A stretch of 7,849 bases of DNA from Paramicrosporidium saccamoebae KSL3 (taxonomy: Eukaryota; Fungi; Cryptomycota). A program made the position numbers and the translations under genes. The DNA lies in contig MTSL01000119.1 of NCBI GenBank assembly GCA_002794465.1, positions 7,912 to 15,760 of the forward strand, written 5' to 3'. Positions 1 through 5,172 of this stretch are shown piece by piece. Under the pieces are notes generated by a model. The model was not told where the DNA came from and ran no database searches. It saw only the letters and a program-made list of their open reading frames with translations. Every line of letters starts with the position of its first letter. The stretch's first letter is position 1.

Positions 1-211
1 AAAATAACATTATCCTTCATCGATTGTTCTGATTATCCCTTCTCCATACTAGGGAACTATTTCCAAAAGCCATGCTAATCAGTTTTTTACGTCACAATGT
101 CATGCATTAGAATAGTCAAAGTACTATGACTCTTGCATCCGCTTCACCCGTTTCATTGTATTTCTGGTGGCTATGAAAAGCTATCCTTTGCTCTGAAATG
201 ATTAATCTTTA

Positions 212-2672
212 ATGTCCACAGTCCATCTTGGGACAGCATACCAACGGGAAATCTACACAGATTTCGTCACCGATTCCGGTTTTCTCGTCCTCGCCAAAGG
301 ACTCGGCCTATTTCAAATTGTCAAGGCGCTTGTCGAGCTGTATGCGTCACCAAAGATGCTCGTCTTTCTCCTGGGGGCGACACCAGCGCAGGAGGCTGTC
401 TTACAGCATCTCTTTACCGGCGGCGAGGAGCAACTTGTCGGCCATGTCAACTTTAAAATTCTCAAAAATGATACGCCATCCAAGAACCGGTATGGTGGCC
501 TGCAATTGATTGACGTATAGGTTGGAGACTTATTTGCAGGGAGGAGTGTTGTCCATTACCAGTAGAATTATGCTGATCGATTTGCTCAAGGAAAGGATCC
601 CGTCCCACATGGTCACTGGTATTATGCTACTAGAAGCCCATCGGGTGGCCGAATTCAGCTTGGAGGCCTTTATTGTGGAGCTATTCCGTTCCCGTAACAA
701 GGTCGGCTTTGTAAAGGCATTCAGCGACAGAGCCGAATCCTTGACGGGTGGATTCGCAAAAGTAGAAAAGACGATGAAGTTTTTGAAAACTCCCAAATTG
801 CTTCTTTATCCGCGTTTCCATGCGACTGTTAAATCGGATTTGGATTCGGTAGTCCTGCCAGTTGAAGAGCTCTACATCGGAATGACGAGCAAAATGACAA
901 TGATACAGATTGCCCTGATAGAGATTATCGAGTCTCTCCTAAATGAAATCATCCGAGCCAACCCGTCAGTACCCGCCATAGTCATTGCTAACGCATAGTT
1001 GGATGTAAAAGAGTTCAATTCGGAAACGGTAATTACCGACTCTTTTGATCAGCAAATTAAACGTCAACTGGATCCGATCTGGTATCGCGTCAGTCTAAAG
1101 AGTAAGCAGCTGCTGGGAGAAATCAAAGTCATTCGTGCGTTGTTAGAGTATTTAGTCGAGTACGATGCCATTAGCTATTGTAAATTTATCGAGACTATCA
1201 TTACTGCGGATGCCTCAGCCAGCAGTACAGGAGGGTTCCGATCATATTGGATCATGATGGACATTGCACAGTCTCTAATTCAGACTGCCAAGGATCGGGT
1301 GTTTACGCTGTCCAAAAGGGATGGAACCATGGAACCAACGGTTGAAAAGATACCCAAGTGGAAATCCCTAGAAAGCACACTTTGCAATTCCAAAGGAAAG
1401 CGAATTTTGATCATGGTCAGGGAGGAGCACACGAGACGCACATTGGCCAGGATAATATCGATGGGATATGACAATTGGCAGCAATCAAAGTATAATGAAT
1501 ATCTCAAGTGGAAGAAAAAGGCCCGTAGCCAAGGAGGACTCTCTAGTGGGATTTCAGTTCCCGAGAGCAGCGCAGTCCGTCGCAAAAGCAAACCAATGCG
1601 AACTGTCACATCGGAAAAGTTGCCAAACGAAGATCAGGTCGCTGTGCAGGATGATGATATTGAAGGCGACACGACAGAATTATTGCCCGAAAATGTCCAT
1701 ATCCATTGCTACGCCCATTCCAATGATTATTTTGAGGTTTTGGATTCCCTCAGGCCGGAAGTGGTGGTCATGTATGAAGGTGATTTGACATTTATTCGCA
1801 CTCTCGAACTGTACAGCCATCGCCAGCCCGATACGGGAATGTCAGTGACGATGCTCGTCTACAACGAGTCCATCGAAGAACAGCTTCAATTGCTGTCCAT
1901 CCGACAAGAAAAGGAAGCATTTGAAAACCTTATCAAGGCCAAAGCGACTATGGCACCTCTTATAAGTGATGCTCCCGCCGGAGAAGAGGATTTCATTGCG
2001 ACCCGGTTCCTGGGAATAATTGAAGATTCTCCGCGGACACTAATCATTGATATGCGCGAGCTCCGCAGCTCCCTCCCTTTTGTGCTGTACAAGCACAATT
2101 TTATCTTGGAACCGGTCACCATAGACGTAGGAGATTACATCCTCAGTCCGGAGATTTGTGTGGAGCGCAAGAGCACTAGCGATCTAATATCATCCCTTAA
2201 TAGCGGACGCCTACACAGCCAAACAGAGCAGCTATGCCGTCATTACAGTAAGCCATTGCTGCTCATCGAGTTTGATGACACAAAGCCCTTCTCTTTGCTG
2301 CCGGGCGACATTCGGGCTGACATTTCCATCAGCGACATTTGTAGTAAACTCTGTCTGTTGCTGTTACATTTCCCGACGCTGAAGCTGGTGTGGTCGCCCA
2401 GTCTGACGGCCACTGCAGACATATTCCGAGACCTAAAACGCGACCAGGAAGAGCCAATATTGCCAAGCTTGGAGGGTGTAGAGAGTGACCCCGTGGCACG
2501 AGACCTGCTGCTCTCATTGCCGGGTGTCACACCACAAAACTGTCACCTCCTTATGCGACATGTACGAGATATTCGAGCACTGTGCAGTCGAACACTGAAT
2601 GAGTTGGAGGATTTGCTGGGGAGGGAGAATGCGACAAAACTATACAACTTTCTACATGAGCCCTTCAATTAA
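212..2672 (+). CDS. ERCC4: XPF/Rad1/Rad16 structure-specific DNA repair endonuclease, join(212..489,521..968,999..2672), 799 aa
   Basis: Three consecutive track ORFs join through two short GT-AG introns into one protein. It has the XPF N-terminal helicase-like motifs (LAKGLG, YLQGGVLSITSRIMLIDLL, EAFIVELFRSRNKVGFVKAFSD, LYPRFH, QLDPIW), an intact ERCC4 nuclease core (IDMRE at ~2046-2060, GDYILSPEICVERKS at 2130-2174, DLISSLNSGRL) and a C-terminal HhH2 region (LLSLPGV...KLYNFLH). The spliced length of 2,400 nt is a multiple of 3. Confidence 0.96.
490..520 (+). other. Spliceosomal intron 1 of XPF, 31 nt, phase 2
   Basis: GTATGG...ATTGAC-GTATAG. Removal joins CG|G and gives KNR-LETYLQGG, collinear with the XPF motif NSR-YEVYTQGG. 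It also explains the frame change between ORFs 212..520 and 510..998. Confidence 0.92.
969..998 (+). other. Spliceosomal intron 2 of XPF, 30 nt, phase 0
   Basis: GTACCC...GCTAAC-GCATAG. Removal deletes the in-frame TAG at 996-998 and gives NPS|LDVKE, matching XPF NPSLEVED with no insertion. Confidence 0.92.
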
Positions 2673-2683
2673 AGCACTTTATT
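2668..2683. terminator. ATTAAA overlapping the XPF stop (+, 2668-2673) and AATAAA for Sec61-gamma (-, 2678-2683)
   Basis: AAT-TAA-A spans the XPF stop codon. TTTATT on the + strand lies 58 nt past the Sec61-gamma stop. Confidence 0.55.
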
Positions 2684-2740
2684 TCGAGTCGTCACTGTCC
2701 ATTTGTCCATAGGGCTGCTGAATTTGGTGCCTCGGCTGAA

Positions 2741-3017
2741 TTAGGACGCACCCCTACAAAAGAGTCAATCTCTCACTGAATGCGTACACAATAATGTTGT
2801 TAATGGGAATGTGGATAAGCTTGATAAAATAGCCTATGAAGCCCATAAGCAGGAATCCCATTCCAACGGCCTGCGCAATCTTTGCAAACTCTATGCGTCA
2901 GCACCACTGCCGTAAATTACCACGCTTATCGGGCTTGGTGCAACGCTGCAGCAGCTGCGTGCTGTCCTTGGTAAACTTGCGGGGCACCTCTAGAAGACTT
3001 GTCAAATAGTCACTCAT
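2741..3017 (-). CDS. SEC61G: Sec61 translocon gamma subunit (SSS1/SecE family), complement(join(2741..2753,2788..2890,2921..3017)), 70 aa
   Basis: The manual spliced translation is [70 protein letters not shown]. It contains the Sec61-gamma signature CTKPD..EF..IA and [19 protein letters not shown]. It is not in the ORF track because each exon is short. Confidence 0.97.
2754..2787 (-). other. Spliceosomal intron 2 of Sec61-gamma, 34 nt, phase 2
   Basis: Minus strand GTACGC...ATTGAC-TCTTTTGTAG. Removal restores the conserved C-terminus NNIIV-GAS*. Confidence 0.9.
2891..2920 (-). other. Spliceosomal intron 1 of Sec61-gamma, 30 nt, phase 1
   Basis: Minus strand GTAATT...GCTGAC-GCATAG. Removal restores PDKR-E-FAKIA. 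Confidence 0.94.
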
Positions 3018-3032
3018 TGCGCGACCGGGGCG

Positions 3033-3638
3033 ATGCGCTCACGCAGTACTGACTCTTCCGGCTTTTCCTCCTCGCCCAGTCCGGTCCGTGGACGCACTGT
3101 GGAGATGGCCGATGCAATGGAAGACGTAACTATTGCGTCAGATATGATGGCGGTGGAGGGGCTATCACGAAATGTTACTGAGACGCACATTCGGGAGATT
3201 TTTGGCAAATTTGGAACGATCCACAACGTGACCTTTGGACGGGGTTGGTGTCGAGTTCAATACGAAACGGAAACTGATGTGGAGGGTGCATGTAAGTATA
3301 TGAATGGCGGACAGTTGGACGGAAATTTACTGGAATGTCGACCGTACAAGGAGCAGAGGAGGACATTGCAGTCCCCGTTGCGTTCTCCTAGACAGAGACG
3401 GTCGAATTCGCGTCCAACAGAGTCCCCAAGACACCGCCGGTCGTATTCACGTCCAATAGATTCCCCAAGACAGAGTCGATCTTATTCACGCTCCCGTAGT
3501 CCTCCACGTCGGAATCAATTGCATTCCCGTACTCCTCCGAGACGGGATTATTCACACACACATTTCCCATCGCATTCACGGCCACGCTCTCGCAGTCCTC
3601 ATCGGCGTCATAACCGTCGTATGTACAGTCCCATGTAA
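3033..3638 (+). CDS. RNPS1: RNPS1-like RNA-binding protein (short S-rich N-terminus, one RRM, RS/RP-rich tail), 201 aa
   Basis: The RRM at 3147-3347 has GLSRNVTETHIREIFGKFG and KYMNGGQLDG, matching the RNPS1-type RRM (LTRNV..H..EIF..YG; MDGGQIDG). A Ser-rich N-terminus precedes it and an RS/SP-rich tail follows. An alternative in-frame ATG lies at 3105. Confidence 0.8.
   Translation: MRSRSTDSSGFSSSPSPVRGRTVEMADAMEDVTIASDMMAVEGLSRNVTETHIREIFGKFGTIHNVTFGRGWCRVQYETETDVEGACKYMNGGQLDGNLLECRPYKEQRRTLQSPLRSPRQRRSNSRPTESPRHRRSYSRPIDSPRQSRSYSRSRSPPRRNQLHSRTPPRRDYSHTHFPSHSRPRSRSPHRRHNRRMYSPM
3384..3500 (+). repeat. Three degenerate 39-nt coding tandem repeats (SPRQRRSNSRPTE / SPRHRRSYSRPID / SPRQSRSYSRSRS)
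   Basis: The units at 3384-3422, 3423-3461 and 3462-3500 share TCYCCWAGACA and TCGTATTCACG-like blocks at a 39-nt period. Confidence 0.85.
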
Positions 3639-3659
3639 TATGTAGCATGCAACATGTAA
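3632..3659 (+). repeat. Degenerate heptamer tandem array, consensus CATGTAA x4, overlapping the RNPS1 stop codon
   Basis: CATGTAA TATGTAG CATGCAA CATGTAA read directly from the sequence. Confidence 0.7.
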
Positions 3660-3668
3660 CATAACACT

Positions 3669-3695
3669 AATAAACCAGAGGCGAGGCCATTTATT
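3669..3695. terminator. Opposed AATAAA polyadenylation signals: 3669-3674 (+, RNPS1) and 3690-3695 (-, protease)
   Basis: One canonical hexamer lies on each strand within the 69-nt convergent gap, each downstream of its gene's stop codon. Confidence 0.65.
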
Positions 3696-3707
3696 ACTAC
3701 GGACGAC

Positions 3708-4967
3708 TTAGTCATGGACGGCCGGGGCAAAACCGACACGATTCTTTCCCATGTCATAGACTGTGTAATAGCGACGCAAGAAAGCATCACCCACAATCCA
3801 CAACTTCATCCCGGGCAGATCCAAGCCCATAAAGGGAGAGATGCAACCACCTGATGTTTGAAGAATATAGTCGCTGGCCTCCAATGGGAACTTGTGGCCT
3901 CCAAATTCAAAGATCACGGGCGGCATTGTAGGGATAGCGGCGCAGTCTACAGTGTAGATGCCACGGAAGCCCTTAGTGGCGCCAATTTGCTGATTGATCA
4001 TATCCGAGACGGCCGAGGGGAGGGCAATCAACGAAGTGCCCGTATCAATGGCAGCAGTGCCCTTGATTCCCAAATCCTCATCACCCACAAAGAACGAATC
4101 GAGTGAGACCTCCCAATATCCCTTTCGGACCACTGGGGCATACTTGAGAGGACCCACAAACTTGTCCTCCTCCACACCACCCAACACTAAACTGCCACCC
4201 TCAGACTCCGCACTCTTGGAGAGGAAGAAGGAGAACAGCGGTTCGGAGATGAGGCCTTGTTGGTACAGATTGTAGAAGGGAGGCACTACACCGGCCACCG
4301 AGATGGTGTCGTAGCCCAGACCCATGATTCCGTCAAACTTGGCAAAGGCAAAGGTGAAGCCTGGCATCTTGGTTGTCTCACCAAAGCCCTGATCTTGGAT
4401 GGCCAGACCACCAATCTCCATCACGTCGTGGGACACAAAGCCCTCCACCGCTCCCGTTCCGTAGCGGATCTTGAACTCGGTGCGGTTGGCCACAAAGGTG
4501 CTCGACTTGTCCGAATCATAGCGACGATGCAACAGACACGCCAATGAAGAGCATTCCTTTGATGGCACCCACGTGTTGGATGAACCCGTGTCAAAGATTA
4601 CATTGAACTCTTGACGTGGACTTCCCAAGTAGATTGGTCCGTAGTATTGGGCGTCCATAAAGTTGGTCAATGGGACATGTCCCATTCCGTCCTTACGGAA
4701 CGGCTCTCCATGCAATCGCGTAAAGTACTTTTCAATAAACGCATCCTGCAGGCCGTCGATAATGTCCCAGATGTTGCTCTGCAGCTTCTTCAGCTGCACC
4801 TTGATAGTACGTCCCACCTCGCGTGCGTCGGGCAGCTCATCCTTGAAATCAAACTGACGGATTAGCTGGAGCCAGTCCTCTGGGATGCGCGAAGGCATCT
4901 CTGAAGGCCTGGATTCTTTTGCGAGCGCAGCGGTAAGGAAGAGTGCAGTCACTGTTTGCAGTTTCAT
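3708..4967 (-). CDS. PEP4: Pepsin-family (A1) aspartic endopeptidase, Pep4/saccharopepsin/cathepsin-D type precursor, 419 aa
   Basis: There are two catalytic motifs, DTGSS (DTG at 4584-4592) and DTGTS (DTG at 4038-4046). Also present are VPLTNFMDAQYYG, CSSLACLLH, the flap IRYGTG, KFDGIMGLGY and the C-terminal WIVGDAFLRRYYTVYD...RVGFA. The signal peptide MKLQTVTALFLTAALA places the start at ATG 4967; the track start at 5018 is GTG. There is no saposin-like plant insert. Confidence 0.93.
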   Translation of the reverse strand: MKLQTVTALFLTAALAKESRPSEMPSRIPEDWLQLIRQFDFKDELPDAREVGRTIKVQLKKLQSNIWDIIDGLQDAFIEKYFTRLHGEPFRKDGMGHVPLTNFMDAQYYGPIYLGSPRQEFNVIFDTGSSNTWVPSKECSSLACLLHRRYDSDKSSTFVANRTEFKIRYGTGAVEGFVSHDVMEIGGLAIQDQGFGETTKMPGFTFAFAKFDGIMGLGYDTISVAGVVPPFYNLYQQGLISEPLFSFFLSKSAESEGGSLVLGGVEEDKFVGPLKYAPVVRKGYWEVSLDSFFVGDEDLGIKGTAAIDTGTSLIALPSAVSDMINQQIGATKGFRGIYTVDCAAIPTMPPVIFEFGGHKFPLEASDYILQTSGGCISPFMGLDLPGMKLWIVGDAFLRRYYTVYDMGKNRVGFAPAVHD

Positions 4968-5047
4968 GTTGGTCACTACCCACTCGTTGTCGCTTAATAT
5001 ACTGCATTTATCTTCCACTTGCTAAAAATAGAATGGCAGCAATTATG

Positions 5048-5097
5048 ATTGGCTTTGACCGATCCAATTTGATTGGCCATTAGCCATTGGATATTGG
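5048..5097. promoter_or_regulatory. Cluster of five CCAAT boxes upstream of the protease gene
   Basis: ATTGG at 5048-5052, 5072-5076, 5086-5090 and 5093-5097, plus CCAAT at 5064-5068. They lie 81-130 nt upstream of ATG 4967. Confidence 0.55.
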
Positions 5098-5139
5098 ACA
5101 CTGGACATGGGCCGTGGGCCATGAGTCATGGGTCATGAG
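5070..5139. repeat. Ten-unit degenerate 7-bp tandem array in the NOC2-PEP4 intergenic region
   Basis: TGATTGG CCATTAG CCATTGG ATATTGG ACACTGG ACATGGG CCGTGGG CCATGAG TCATGGG TCATGAG. Every unit ends in G, and adjacent units from the second onward differ by only 1-2 bases. Confidence 0.85.
5121..5129. promoter_or_regulatory. Consensus AP-1/Gcn4-type bZIP site ATGAGTCAT
   Basis: Exact match to ATGA(C/G)TCAT, inside the 13-bp odd palindrome CCATGA-G-TCATGG (5119-5131), about 155 nt upstream of the protease ATG. Confidence 0.5.
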
Positions 5140-5166
5140 TGAATTGTGCTCACAAGAACAAGTCTA

Positions 5167-5172
5167 TTTATT
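5167..5172 (-). terminator. AATAAA polyadenylation signal overlapping the NOC2 stop codon
   Basis: The minus strand reads GAT-TAA-ATAAA, so the hexamer shares the last base of the TAA stop. Confidence 0.6.

Noticed and set aside
69-80. Minus-strand GATTAGCATGGC, a 12-nt match to the U6 snRNA catalytic core (possible intron-split U6; or U4-like TGCTAAT on +)
   Set aside because: There is no ACAGAGA box upstream, no CCCCTG...AAGGATGAC downstream, and no GT-AG boundaries at the match edges. The + strand lacks the U4 k-turn. It is most likely chance; an Infernal scan would settle it.
1-211. Possible 5' end of a divergent minus-strand gene (ATG at 18-20, MKDNVI...)
   Set aside because: Only six codons lie in the window, which is too little to support a call.
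490-520. Frameshift or pseudogenisation of XPF
   Set aside because: The frame change is fully explained by a canonical 31-nt intron, and the nuclease motifs are intact.
996-998. Stop-codon readthrough or TAG recoding between in-frame ORFs 510..998 and 999..2672
   Set aside because: A 30-nt GT...GCTAAC...TAG intron removes the stop and restores exact collinearity with XPF (NPS|LD). Readthrough would leave a 10-residue insertion.
2696-2742. Short direct repeats TGTCCAT x2 and GCTGAATT x2 in the XPF/Sec61-gamma gap
   Set aside because: There are only two copies of 7-8 nt each, compatible with chance or local slippage, and no function is suggested.
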